A stretch of DNA of 64,000 nucleotides. Source: an uncultured Pseudomonadota bacterium (GTDB lineage: Bacteria; Pseudomonadota; Alphaproteobacteria; JACZXZ01). A program made the translations under genes and the position numbers. The DNA lies in NCBI GenBank assembly GCA_963749075.1, contig CAVVLJ010000016.1:64001-128000 (forward strand). The letters run 5' to 3'. Below, piece after piece: positions 1 to 9,427 of this stretch. The notes beneath the pieces are model-generated. The model did not search any database and had not been told where the DNA came from. It saw only the letters and a list, made by a program, of their open reading frames with translations. Position 1 is the first letter of the stretch. Each line of letters opens with the position of its first letter.

Positions 1-315
1 CTCGATAAGACGCATGCCGTGCTTTTGTAAGATTTCCCGCCGGAGTTTGTCATATCGTTTCCTCTGTTCACCGCGCGAGCAGCCGCTTACGGTCTGCCTC
101 AGATCCATAATGGGAATCGCTTCCGAGTGCTGGCGTTCGCGGTATTCGATCACGAGATTGCGGTCGCGATAATACGCGTCAACGGGGAGCCGCCGACACC
201 GCCCATCTCGGCCCGGATCACCGACAAGGAAGTCAAATCCGTTGAATTGTCGGCACCCGATCGACCCGAGTACCTTGTCGCAGAGATCAACTATATATTC
301 TTCGTCCTTCGGCAT
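1..315 (-). CDS. Hypothetical protein, Vsr/DUF559-like PD-(D/E)XK nuclease-like; 3' end runs off the window
   Basis: Manual translation, absent from the ORF track: MPKDEEYIVDLCDKVLG...RLPVDAYYRDRNLVIEYRERQH...GEQRKRYDKLRREIL. Open to position 1, lower GC than neighbours. Alternative TTG start at 357. Confidence 0.6.
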   Translation of the reverse strand, partial: MPKDEEYIVDLCDKVLGSIGCRQFNGFDFLVGDPGRDGRCRRLPVDAYYRDRNLVIEYRERQHSEAIPIMDLRQTVSGCSRGEQRKRYDKLRREILQKHGMRLIE

Positions 316-362
316 GCCTGGAGTTATGGCACGATTCGACCTTAAGACAGCGCCCAAAATAC

Positions 363-1409
363 CTACGACAAATCCACCCCTTCAGCGCCCGTGCGCCGCG
401 CGAGGCCGCAGGCCTCGGCGGCAAGCTCGTAGGAGCGGCGCCGCGCCTCGGGGTCGTGGCAGATGGTCAGTACGAGAAGCTCTTCGACGCCATAGGCCGC
501 GGCCATGGCGAGGAGACCTGAGCGCACCTCCTCGGGTGCGCCGATGATCTGGCCGCGGCGGTTCTCCGCGATGCGCAGGCGCTCGGCGGCGCTGTAGGGG
601 TAAGCGAGCGCCTCCTCGCTGCTCGGAAAGGGGCCGAGCTCGCCGCGGTCGCGGCGCAGGCGCCAGAGATCGCGGCTCGCGGCGAGCTCGTCTGCCTCGC
701 GCGCCGTGGCGGCGCAGATGACCGAGATGCAGGCGCTGCCCATGGGACGCTCGAGGATCACCGAGGGCCGGAAGGCCTCGCGATAGGCCGCCATCACCTG
801 CGGTCCGCCCTCGGGCGTGATGAAATGGGCGAAGGAGAAGGCGCAGCCGAAGTGTGCGGCGAGGGCAGCGCTGTGGTCGCTCGAGCCGAGAAGCCAGAGT
901 TCGGGCGCGCTGTCGCCCTCGGGCTTGGCTGCGACGAGGCCGACGCCGGGGACCTCGAGCTGGCCGCCGCGCACGAGATGGGCGAGCTCGGCAAAGCGTT
1001 CGGGGAAGCGCTCGAGGCCGCTGCTGCCGCCGCGCAAGAGCAGCATGGTCGCATGGTCGGCGCCGGGCGCGCGGCCGATGCCGAGATCGACGCGGCCGGG
1101 ATAGAGTGCCTCGAGCACGCGGAAGGCCTCGGCCACCTTGACCGGACTGTAGTTGGCGAGCATGACGCCGCCCGAGCCGATGCGCATGGCGCGGGTCTCG
1201 GCGCCTAGCCGTGCCAGCAGCACCTCGGGCGCAGTACCCGCAAAGCCCGGCAGGTTGTGGTGCTCGGCGAGCCAATAGCGGTGATAGCCGAGCTCGTCGC
1301 AGAGGCGTGCGAGCGCGAGGGTCTCGCGCACCGCATCGGCCGCAGTCGCACCCGCGCGAACCGGCGACTGGTCTAGCACGCCCAGGCGCAGGGCGGCGCC
1401 CGCACTCAC
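363..1409 (-). CDS. LLM-class (luciferase-like) flavin-dependent oxidoreductase
   Basis: LGVLDQSP, RYWLAEHH, RIGSGGVML, DLGIGRAPG motifs; GTG start overlaps the upstream TGA (GTGA at 1406-1409). Confidence 0.88.
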   Translation of the reverse strand: MSAGAALRLGVLDQSPVRAGATAADAVRETLALARLCDELGYHRYWLAEHHNLPGFAGTAPEVLLARLGAETRAMRIGSGGVMLANYSPVKVAEAFRVLEALYPGRVDLGIGRAPGADHATMLLLRGGSSGLERFPERFAELAHLVRGGQLEVPGVGLVAAKPEGDSAPELWLLGSSDHSAALAAHFGCAFSFAHFITPEGGPQVMAAYREAFRPSVILERPMGSACISVICAATAREADELAASRDLWRLRRDRGELGPFPSSEEALAYPYSAAERLRIAENRRGQIIGAPEEVRSGLLAMAAAYGVEELLVLTICHDPEARRRSYELAAEACGLARRTGAEGVDLS

Positions 1410-2569
1410 CGGCCGAGCCACCGTTTGATGCGGCCCCAGATGACCGCCAGCAAGGTGGAACCGGCGCCGAGCGGTGCCGCGGCAACCTGCGGCTGGTCTT
1501 CGCCCCCGGCGAGGCTCGCTTGCAGGTTGCGCGCGAAGGCGGCGACCAGTCGGCCCGCGAAGTCCTTGACCAGGCCGGGGCGCGCGAACTGCGCGAGCGG
1601 ACCCTGAAGCTGGTAGTCGAGTGCCAGCTCGACGCGCGTGGCATGGCCGTCCGGCTCTGCGATGAGGCGGTAGCGCACCTCGCCCTTGGCGTGCGAGCCG
1701 CCGCGCGCGTCGCTGCCGCCGCCGCGGAGGACGCCGGTCATAGCGGCGTCGCTGCGCGCGTGCGTGGCTTCTCCGGCGAAGCTTGCCCTGATCGGGCCGA
1801 AGGCTACGGCAAGCCGGCCCGCGAGACGCTCGCCGCCGCTCGCCGTGAGCTCGGCGCCGGGCATGGCGCGCGTCACGCGCGGGAGGTCGCCGAAGAACCG
1901 CCACACCTCGGCCGGCGGCGAGGCGATGGCGAAGCTCTCGCTGATGCGCGTCCAGCCGCTCTCAGGTTCACTCTCCCAGGCGACGGCGCCCGCCGCGCGC
2001 GCCGCGGGCGGCGCCGCCTCCGACCTCGCTGCGAAGGGAAGGAAGGGCGCCGGCCCGGCAGCGCGCGCGCGCGGCAGCGGTACGGCCTTGCCGAGGCGCG
2101 CCTCTGCCGGCATCTCGCGGAGCACGCGCGCGATCGCCGCGACGATGCCCATGTAGCCCGTGCAGCGGCAGAGGTTGCCGGCGAGCTCGACGCGGATGCG
2201 CGCCTCGTCGGCCGAAGCGAATCGCGTTACGATGTCGCGCGCGGTGATCAGCATGCCCGAGGTGCAGAAGCCACATTGCAGCGCATGCTCCTCGTGGAAG
2301 GCCGCGCGCAGGCGGCTCATCACCGGATCGTCGGCGAAGCCCTCGACGGTGCGCACCTCGCGGCCCTCGAGCGCCGCCGCGAAGGCGATGCAGGAGCGCG
2401 CCGGGGCGCCGTCGAGCAGCACCGTGCAGGCGCCGCAAACGCCGTGCTCGCAGCCGAGATGGGTGCCGGTGAGGCGGCACTGGTGGCGCAGGTAATCGGC
2501 GAGGCTGAGGCGCGGCTCGACATCGGCCTCGACCCGCTCGCCGTTGACCGTGAGCGAGACCTTCGTCAT
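1406..2569 (-). CDS. Mo-hydroxylase 2Fe-2S subunit (CoxS-like) fused to a CoxG/SRPBCC domain
   Basis: GCEHGVCGACT, QCGFCT and NLCRCTGY motifs, followed by an SRPBCC-like region (ESFAIASPPAEVWRFF...GPLAQFAR); ATGA overlap at 2566-2569. Confidence 0.88.
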   Translation of the reverse strand: MTKVSLTVNGERVEADVEPRLSLADYLRHQCRLTGTHLGCEHGVCGACTVLLDGAPARSCIAFAAALEGREVRTVEGFADDPVMSRLRAAFHEEHALQCGFCTSGMLITARDIVTRFASADEARIRVELAGNLCRCTGYMGIVAAIARVLREMPAEARLGKAVPLPRARAAGPAPFLPFAARSEAAPPAARAAGAVAWESEPESGWTRISESFAIASPPAEVWRFFGDLPRVTRAMPGAELTASGGERLAGRLAVAFGPIRASFAGEATHARSDAAMTGVLRGGGSDARGGSHAKGEVRYRLIAEPDGHATRVELALDYQLQGPLAQFARPGLVKDFAGRLVAAFARNLQASLAGGEDQPQVAAAPLGAGSTLLAVIWGRIKRWLGR

Positions 2570-3396
2570 GGTGCGAGCGCCTGGAGGATGGCTCGGCGCA
2601 CCGCCGCGGCATGGAGCCTGAGATGGACGGGATCGAGGCCGGGCGCTGCCTCGGCCACCGCCTCGCGCACGCGCTCGGCTGCCGCGGCTTGGGCACCTTC
2701 GCGGGCGACTTGATCGGCGAGCGCTGCGAGGAGGGCGGGCGGCGCATCGAGCGCGCCCACGACGATGCGGCAGAGCGCGCGCGCCGGGTCCACGACCACG
2801 GCGCCGATGGCATCCGGGAACTCGCCCACCTTGCGCGCGATCCGGCAATAGCCCCAGCGTGCGCTGGGCGAGAGCTTCTCGAGCGCGACGGCCTCGATCG
2901 CCTCGGCGGGCTCCAGCGCCGTCGCGAAGGCGCCCGTCATGAAGTCGCGCATGGCAAGCGTGCGCCGGCCGCCAGGTCCCAGCACGGCGAGCTCGGCATC
3001 GAGCAGCGTCATGGCGGCGATCCAGTCGGCGGCCGGATCGGCATGGGCGAGGCTGCCGCCGAGCGTGCCGCGGTTGCGGATGGCGCGATAGGCGATGGCC
3101 GAGGCCACATGGCACATGAGCCGCACGGTGGGCGAGGGATCGCTGCGGTCCTCGAGCATGGCATGGGTGACGCCGGCACCGATGACGAGCCGCGCGCCGT
3201 TGTCGGCGATGCGCCTCAGCGCCGCGATGCGGCCAACGTCGACGAGGCACGCCGGTGCCACGAGGCGGAGGTTGAGCATCGGGCCGAGCGTCTGGCCGCC
3301 GGCGAGGAGACGCGCCTCGCCCTTTGCCGCGGCCAGCCCTGCCACCGCCTCCTCGAGGCTCGCTGCCGCCACATAATCGAAGGCCCTAGGCTTCAC
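2566..3396 (-). CDS. Mo-hydroxylase FAD-binding subunit (CoxM-like)
   Basis: MKPRAFDY, LAGGQTLGPMLNLR, IRNRGTLGGSLAHADPAAD. Confidence 0.9.
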   Translation of the reverse strand: MKPRAFDYVAAASLEEAVAGLAAAKGEARLLAGGQTLGPMLNLRLVAPACLVDVGRIAALRRIADNGARLVIGAGVTHAMLEDRSDPSPTVRLMCHVASAIAYRAIRNRGTLGGSLAHADPAADWIAAMTLLDAELAVLGPGGRRTLAMRDFMTGAFATALEPAEAIEAVALEKLSPSARWGYCRIARKVGEFPDAIGAVVVDPARALCRIVVGALDAPPALLAALADQVAREGAQAAAAERVREAVAEAAPGLDPVHLRLHAAAVRRAILQALAP

Positions 3397-5762
3397 TCGG
3401 CCGCTCCCGGTGCCGGCGCGGCCTCCGCCCTCATGATCGCCTCGATGATGCGTCGCGGCGTCGCCGGGATGGCGGCGAGCTCGGCGCCCAGCGGACGCAG
3501 CGCGTCGTTGATCGCGTTGACGATGGCGCCCGCGGGTGCGATGGCGCCGCCCTCGCCCACGCCCTTGATGCCGTGCTCGGTATAGGGCGAGGGCGTCTCC
3601 ATGTGGAACATCCTCAAGCGCGGCACCTCGGCGGCACCGGGCAGGAGATAATCCGCGAGCGTGGAAGCGAGCGGCTGGCCGGCACTGTCATACGCCATCT
3701 CCTCGTAGAGCGCCGTGCCGATGCCTTGCGCCGTACCGCCGTAGGTCTGGCCCTCGACCACCATGGGGTTCACGAGGGTGCCGCAGTCCTCGACGATGAC
3801 GTAGTCGAGGATCTCGACGCTGCCGATCTCGGGGTCGACGGCCACCGCCGCGGCATGGGTCGCGTAGCTGAAGGCGCCGCTGTCGACCTTGGGCTTGTAG
3901 CCGACCGTGGCCTCGAGGCCGCCCGGGTCCACGTCGTCGGGCAGGTTCTCGGGCTTGAGGTACCAGACGCGCGCGACCTCGCTGATGGCGACCTGCCCGT
4001 GCGGCCCGCGCACCTCGCAGCCCTCGAGGCGCACCTCCTCGGGCCGGCTCTGCAGGAGGTGCGCGCCGATGCGCTTGATGCGCTCGCCGAGCACCTGGCA
4101 GGAGCGCGACACCGCACCACCCGCCATGACGATGCTGCGCGAGGCGTAGGTGCCGGTCGAATAGGGCGTCAGCGCCGTGTCGCCGTGCACGACCTTGATG
4201 TCGGCGGGATCGATGCCGAGGATCTCGTGCGCGACCTGGGCGAGCGTCGTCTCCATGCCCTGGCCGTGCGACTGCACGCCGACGCGCACCTCGAGCCCGC
4301 CGTCGGGCGTCAAGCGCACCGCCGCCTGCTCGTAGCCCGGCACGAGGGGGATGCCCCAGGAGGCGAAGACCTTGGTGCCGTGCGCGGTCTGCTCGGTATA
4401 GGTGGCGAAGCCGACGCCGACGAGGCGGCCGTCCGCCTCGCCCTTGCCCTGGCGCGCGCGCCAGCCCGCGAGGCCGATCTCCGCGACGGCGCGGTCGAGG
4501 CTTTGCGGGAAATCGCCGCTGTCGTAGTGCTTGCGCGTCACGTTGTCGTAGGGCATGGCCGCCGCCGGCACGAGGTTCTCGCGGCGCACCTCGGCCGGCT
4601 CGCGCCCGACCGCGCGCGCGATCGCATCCATGGTGAGCTCGATGGCGAAGCACACGCCGGGCCGCGCCACGCCGCGATAGGGCACGAAGGGAGGCTTGTT
4701 GGTGGCGACCGAGTAGGTCTTGCAGCGGTAGCCCTCGAAGGCGTAGGGACCCGGCAGGTTGCCGCCGGCCTGCGCCGCCTCGAGGCCGGCCGAGAAGGGC
4801 CACACCGAATAGGCGCCCACGTCGACGGTGATCTCGGCGTCGAGGGCCAAGAGCCGGCCGCGCCGGTCGGCGTAGGCGGTCACCAGATAATGGTGCTCGC
4901 GCGCATTCGCCGCAGCCACCAGATGCTCGCGCCGGTCCTCGGTCCAGCGCACCGGCTGGCGCCGCGTGAGTGCCGCCCAGGCGACCGCCACCTCCTCGGG
5001 CTGGAGGATGCATTTGAAGCCGAAACCGCCGCCCACGTCGGGTGCGATGACGCGGATCTTGCCCTGCTCGAGGCCGAGGCAGAGCGAGAGCCCGGTGCGG
5101 ATGATGTGCGGCACCTGGGTCGAGGTATAGACCACGAGCTGGTCGGCTCGGTCGTCCCAATAGGCGAGCACGCCCTTGCCCTCCAGGGGCGCCATGCATT
5201 GCCGGGCGAGCTTGTATTCGCGCTTGACGGTGACCTCGGCGCGCCGCGCCAGCTCCTCGAAGCGCACATCGGCCGACGTCACGAGGAAGAGGTTGTCGCC
5301 CCAGGCCTCGTGCACGAGGGCCGCACCCGGCTTCATCGCCTCGCGCGCGTCGGCGAGCGGCGGCAGCTCCTCGAGATCGAGCGTCACCTGTTCCGCCGCG
5401 TCCTCGGCGAGCGCGCGCGTCGCGGCGAGGCACATGGCGACCGGCTCGCCCGCGAAGCGCACCTTGCCGCTCGCCAGCACCGGATAATCCGAGCTCTTGA
5501 AGCCGGGGATGCTGTTGTTGGCCTGCATGGGTGCCACGCCGGCGAGATCGGCCACGGTGTAGACGGAGCCGGCGAGCGCTTGCGGCACCCTGACGCCCCG
5601 GATGCGCGCGTGGGCAAGCGGGCTCCGGAGGAAGGCCGCCTCCGCGAGATTGGGCATGGCGATGTCGCCCACGAAGGTGGCGCGGCCGAAGAGGTGGCGC
5701 GCGTCCTCCTTGCGCTTGAGCCGCGCGCCGATGCCGCTCCCCGGCTTGCCGTACTCGGACAT
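3393..5762 (-). CDS. Xanthine dehydrogenase-family molybdopterin subunit (CoxL-like, not form I CODH)
   Basis: DVGGGFG, PYRGVARP, HGQGMETT, GTYASRS, KGVGEGG; lacks the AYXCSFR motif. Confidence 0.9.
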   Translation of the reverse strand: MSEYGKPGSGIGARLKRKEDARHLFGRATFVGDIAMPNLAEAAFLRSPLAHARIRGVRVPQALAGSVYTVADLAGVAPMQANNSIPGFKSSDYPVLASGKVRFAGEPVAMCLAATRALAEDAAEQVTLDLEELPPLADAREAMKPGAALVHEAWGDNLFLVTSADVRFEELARRAEVTVKREYKLARQCMAPLEGKGVLAYWDDRADQLVVYTSTQVPHIIRTGLSLCLGLEQGKIRVIAPDVGGGFGFKCILQPEEVAVAWAALTRRQPVRWTEDRREHLVAAANAREHHYLVTAYADRRGRLLALDAEITVDVGAYSVWPFSAGLEAAQAGGNLPGPYAFEGYRCKTYSVATNKPPFVPYRGVARPGVCFAIELTMDAIARAVGREPAEVRRENLVPAAAMPYDNVTRKHYDSGDFPQSLDRAVAEIGLAGWRARQGKGEADGRLVGVGFATYTEQTAHGTKVFASWGIPLVPGYEQAAVRLTPDGGLEVRVGVQSHGQGMETTLAQVAHEILGIDPADIKVVHGDTALTPYSTGTYASRSIVMAGGAVSRSCQVLGERIKRIGAHLLQSRPEEVRLEGCEVRGPHGQVAISEVARVWYLKPENLPDDVDPGGLEATVGYKPKVDSGAFSYATHAAAVAVDPEIGSVEILDYVIVEDCGTLVNPMVVEGQTYGGTAQGIGTALYEEMAYDSAGQPLASTLADYLLPGAAEVPRLRMFHMETPSPYTEHGIKGVGEGGAIAPAGAIVNAINDALRPLGAELAAIPATPRRIIEAIMRAEAAPAPGAAE

Positions 5763-5875
5763 GCCTAGCTACTCCCGGCCTTGCCTCTCCGACGCCCGAG
5801 GTCCGCCGCATGACCACGATCACAGCGTCGCGGACGCGTCCTCGGCGAAAATTTTTTCGTGAGCCGGGCCGATAC

Positions 5876-5915
5876 GCAGTATACTGATGGTATCGGCGAC
5901 GCCCCGGAGGGTCAA
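5876..5915 (-). promoter_or_regulatory. Sigma70-like promoter of the Mo-hydroxylase operon with a palindromic operator
   Basis: Minus strand TTGACC-17-TACCAT, immediately followed by the palindrome CAGTATACTG (5877-5886), between the divergent large-subunit gene and marR. Confidence 0.6.
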
Positions 5916-5962
5916 CGGATTTGCTCTAGCGCGGCTGCCGCCGCGTCGGGTGGGAACGCCTT

Positions 5963-6469
5963 GTGGCAAAGCGGCGCACGAAGCGCTTGGACAAAAACGG
6001 CGCGGAGCCGACGGCCGAGCGCCCGCTGTGGTCGCGGCCGGGCTATCTCGTGCGGCGGCTCCATCAGATCCACCTCGCCCTCTTCCTCGAGGAGTGCAAG
6101 GCCTACAACGTGACGCCGGTGCAGTACGGCCTCTTGACGGCGCTTGCCACCCACCCCGGCCTCGACCAGGTCTCGCTCGCGGCAGAGCTCGGCATCGACC
6201 GCGCCAATGCGGCGGACGTGCTGGCGCGCCTCGCCGAGCGCGGCCTCGTGCGGCGCAGTGCCTCAGCCGAGGACCGCCGCGTCAAGCGCGCCTCTCTCAC
6301 GGAAGCCGGGAGCCGGCTCACCCGGCGCATGCACGGCGCCATGCAGCGCGCCCAGGAGCGTCTCGTGGCGCCCTTGGCGGCGGCGGAGCGCCGCCAGTTC
6401 ATGCGGCTGCTCACGCGCCTCATCGAGGCGAACAACCAGTTCAGCCGCGCGCCGCTCAGGCCGCGCTGA
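5963..6469 (+). CDS. MarR-family transcriptional regulator
   Basis: RPGYLVRRLHQ...LAAELGID...LAERGLVRR...EDRR winged-helix pattern. Confidence 0.9.
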   Translation: MAKRRTKRLDKNGAEPTAERPLWSRPGYLVRRLHQIHLALFLEECKAYNVTPVQYGLLTALATHPGLDQVSLAAELGIDRANAADVLARLAERGLVRRSASAEDRRVKRASLTEAGSRLTRRMHGAMQRAQERLVAPLAAAERRQFMRLLTRLIEANNQFSRAPLRPR

Positions 6470-6632
6470 GCGCTGGCGGCACCGCTCGTCCTTCCTATCG
6501 CTCTTGCGTCCGCCGACTGGACGCCCTATTTAACGGGCTCAAGTTGGCTCCTCGGGCGAGCACAGGGTGACGGGCGACCCCATCCGTATATCGTAAGAAG
6601 AAAGCGACATTCTCTGGAGAGGAGATCGGCCG

Positions 6633-7118
6633 ATGCGTAAAGGACTCAGCGTAGCGCTTGCCGCCGCCGCCCTACTTGCCGCAGCTATGGCCGCGGACGT
6701 TCCGGCAGAGGCTCAGAGCGGCGTCAAGGCCGGCTTTCTCACCTGCAACGTCTCGAGCGGCTGGGGCTTCGTCTTCGGCTCCACGCGCCACCTGAGGTGC
6801 AGCTACTCGTCGGGCTCCGGCCCGGTCGAGCGCTATGCGGGCACCATCTCCAAGTTCGGCGTGGATATCGGCTACGTGCAGTCGGCCGTCATGGTGTGGG
6901 GCGTGATCGCACCCACGGCTAGCATGGCGCCGGGCGCGCTTGCCGGCGAATACGCCGGCGTCACCGCGAGCGCCACGGTCGGCGGCGGCGTCGGCGCCAA
7001 TGTGCTGGTCGGCGGCTTCAACAAGTCGATCTCGTTGCAGCCCCTCAGCATCGAGGGCAATACCGGCCTCAACGTGGCGGCCGGCATCGGTGCCATCAGA
7101 CTCAAGTTCGAGCCGTAG
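6633..7118 (+). CDS. DUF992-family exported protein
   Basis: Signal peptide; GFLTCNVSSGWGFVFGS, ISLQPLSIEGNTGLNVAAG; GGAGA RBS upstream. Confidence 0.85.
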   Translation: MRKGLSVALAAAALLAAAMAADVPAEAQSGVKAGFLTCNVSSGWGFVFGSTRHLRCSYSSGSGPVERYAGTISKFGVDIGYVQSAVMVWGVIAPTASMAPGALAGEYAGVTASATVGGGVGANVLVGGFNKSISLQPLSIEGNTGLNVAAGIGAIRLKFEP

Positions 7119-7226
7119 GCCGACTTTTGCGCGTTCGCGGGTCGCCTTCCGGCGGCTCACGAGCCGCGAAACCGGCACACACTCAAATCGAGATAGCCCG
7201 CAGCGACGCTGCCCCGGGCGGCGGAG

Positions 7227-8999
7227 TCATGCCGCGGCCGTGGCCTGCGTCGGCGTTCGGCGCTTGAGGAGAGCCTCGAACTTCTTGGGCGGCACGGCCC
7301 TGCTGAACAAGAAGCCTTGGAGCGCGTCGCATTGATAGGCTTGTAGGTAGGTGAGCTGCTGCTGGGTCTCGACGCCCTCGGCAACTGCGACCATGGTCAT
7401 GGCGTGGGTCATCGAGATGATGGCCTGGACCAACGCCGCATGCGCCCTGTCGCTCGTCATCTGCGAGACGAACGAGTAGTCGATCTTGAGCGTCTCGATG
7501 GGAAGCCGGCTGAGATGGCTGAGCGCCGAATGCTCGATACCGAAATCGTCCACCGAGAAGCGGACGCCCGCCTCGGCCAATTGCGTCATCGTGCGCACCG
7601 TCGCTTCGACGTTGTGAAGGATGGTGCTCTCCGTGAGCTCGAGCTTGAGGTGGTCAGGCGCCAGTCCGGTCTCCGAAAGAATGTGGAGAATGCTGTCGCC
7701 GAGCTTCTCCTGGAGCAGCTGCCAGCCGGAGAGATTGACGGATATCGGAACATCCGTCACTCCCCGGAGTTGCCATTCGCGCGCCTGGGTGCAGGCGTCC
7801 CGCAAGGCGAACTCGCCCAGCGGAACGATCAAGCCCGTCTCTTCCGCCACCGAAATGAATTGCCCGGGCGGGACGAGGCCGCGCTCCGGGTGACGCCAGC
7901 GGATCAGGGCCTCGGCGCCGACGATCTTGAGCGTCTGTGTGTGGTACAGCGGTTGATAGAAGAGCACGAGCTCTTGCCTCTCGATCGCGCGGCGCAACTC
8001 GGATTCGATGCTCAAGCGCTGCACCGCGCGCTCGGTCATTTGCGCATTGTAGAATTGATAGGGCCGGGCGGCGTCGATCCTCGCCTTGTTGAGCGCAGTC
8101 GTCGCATTGCGGATGAGCGTCTCCGCCTCGTCTCCATCGTCGGGTGCTATGCTGATGCCCATCGCGATATCGAGCGGGAAGCTCTGGCTCTCCAACTCGA
8201 GGCGCTCCTCGAAGCGACGCATGATGGCACGGATCGGTGCCGTGAAATCCTTCTCGTTCCCGATCCCCATGAGGACGATCAGGAAGCCGCCGCCGCCCGT
8301 GTAGGCGATCGTGTCGCCCACTCGCACCGCCTTTTGCAGCCGCTTGCCGGTCTCGCGAATGGCAGTATCGCCCGCGTCGAAACCGGAGCTCTCGCGCATA
8401 TTCGCAAGCGAGACCAGCTCGAGCGCGATGACGAAGGCCGGGGCCTGAAGGCGCTTGGCGCGTCCGAGCACGTGGCTCAGCCAATCGACGAAGAGGGCGC
8501 GATTGGGCAGTCCCGTCAGCCGATCGTGATAGGCGCGGTGCGTCTCCAAGGCCTTGAACTTGGTGACATCGAGCGCAATGCCGTCCCATTGGATGTCGCC
8601 GTTGGCGAGCCTCTGCGGATACGACACCGCGCGCAGCCATCTCACCCGGCTCTTCGCCGTATCGAGGCGAACTTCGACCTCGATGGGCGTCAACTCCTTC
8701 GCGGAGAGCGCCATGGCGCCCATGTAACGCTGCCGGTCGTCGGGATGAAGGTATTCGTGGAACGATTTTTCACCCCGGCCCAGCTTGGTCGGGCCGGTGC
8801 CGTACCACTTTCGCATGCGCGGGCTGACATAGGGATATGTGACGGTGCCGTCGGGTGCCAGCACGCGCCGGAAGATGAAACCCGGCAGATTGTCGACGAT
8901 GCCGTGGAGCTGCTCGTCGCTCTTCCGCCTTGAATGCCCGCTCCGCGATGGGCGCCCGGCGCTCGGGCCGGCCATGGCACTTTTGGACGTGCCCGGCAT
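7227..8999 (-). CDS. PAS + degenerate GGDEF + EAL protein (putative c-di-GMP phosphodiesterase or effector)
   Basis: HPDD PAS, HDRLTGLPNR, GGGGF in place of GGDEF, AEALIRW, ELTES, DDFG, AEGVE, QGF. Start uncertain. Confidence 0.85.
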   Translation of the reverse strand: MPGTSKSAMAGPSAGRPSRSGHSRRKSDEQLHGIVDNLPGFIFRRVLAPDGTVTYPYVSPRMRKWYGTGPTKLGRGEKSFHEYLHPDDRQRYMGAMALSAKELTPIEVEVRLDTAKSRVRWLRAVSYPQRLANGDIQWDGIALDVTKFKALETHRAYHDRLTGLPNRALFVDWLSHVLGRAKRLQAPAFVIALELVSLANMRESSGFDAGDTAIRETGKRLQKAVRVGDTIAYTGGGGFLIVLMGIGNEKDFTAPIRAIMRRFEERLELESQSFPLDIAMGISIAPDDGDEAETLIRNATTALNKARIDAARPYQFYNAQMTERAVQRLSIESELRRAIERQELVLFYQPLYHTQTLKIVGAEALIRWRHPERGLVPPGQFISVAEETGLIVPLGEFALRDACTQAREWQLRGVTDVPISVNLSGWQLLQEKLGDSILHILSETGLAPDHLKLELTESTILHNVEATVRTMTQLAEAGVRFSVDDFGIEHSALSHLSRLPIETLKIDYSFVSQMTSDRAHAALVQAIISMTHAMTMVAVAEGVETQQQLTYLQAYQCDALQGFLFSRAVPPKKFEALLKRRTPTQATAAA

Positions 9000-9427
9000 C
9001 GTCGGTAGTTCTTTATTTCGCACCCCGCCCGCGTCGTCCCGCGCAAGGCCCGGCGCCTTCGCTGACGATGTTCGACGGCGCTCCGCAAGTCTACGAGACA
9101 TCTGCGTGCGAGGTCTCCAGTGCCGATAGAAGAGCCATCTAATACTGCCGCGTTAAACTGCGTCACAGGGCAGATTACTATCTCCCGTATAAATTGTATC
9201 ATCAAAAAACTTCAGGGCAAAGATCATTTCAACCGATTTTATCGCCGCTATTACGTAGCAAGCTTACTTTATTGATTTGCCATATTGAGCGCGTCATGCC
9301 AATGATCAGCACAAGAATCGAAGATGCAGATTAACCTGCCGTACCCGCTTGCCGGCTCGGCGTCACGTGACGCAATAGTCCGCAAGCAGGCAGCCAACGG
9401 GTCCGCGGCCGCGGCACCGGCGCGCGC

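Noticed and set aside
127-345. 72-aa plus-strand ORF
   Set aside because: The opposite strand encodes a more protein-like, motif-bearing frame.
3393-5762. Aerobic CO dehydrogenase (coxL) call
   Set aside because: No AYXCSFR motif, L-M-S gene order, and no coxDEF accessory genes.
3573-5768. Long antisense ORFs (also 7404-8933, 10068-14646, 30621-33239, 46393-48456, 59123-61378 and others)
   Set aside because: Shadow frames of well-supported genes in ~70% GC DNA, with no recognisable motifs.
9130-9340. CtrA box or small RNA in the AT-rich spacer
   Set aside because: Only isolated TTAA half-sites, no TTAA-N7-TTAA, and no convincing structure.
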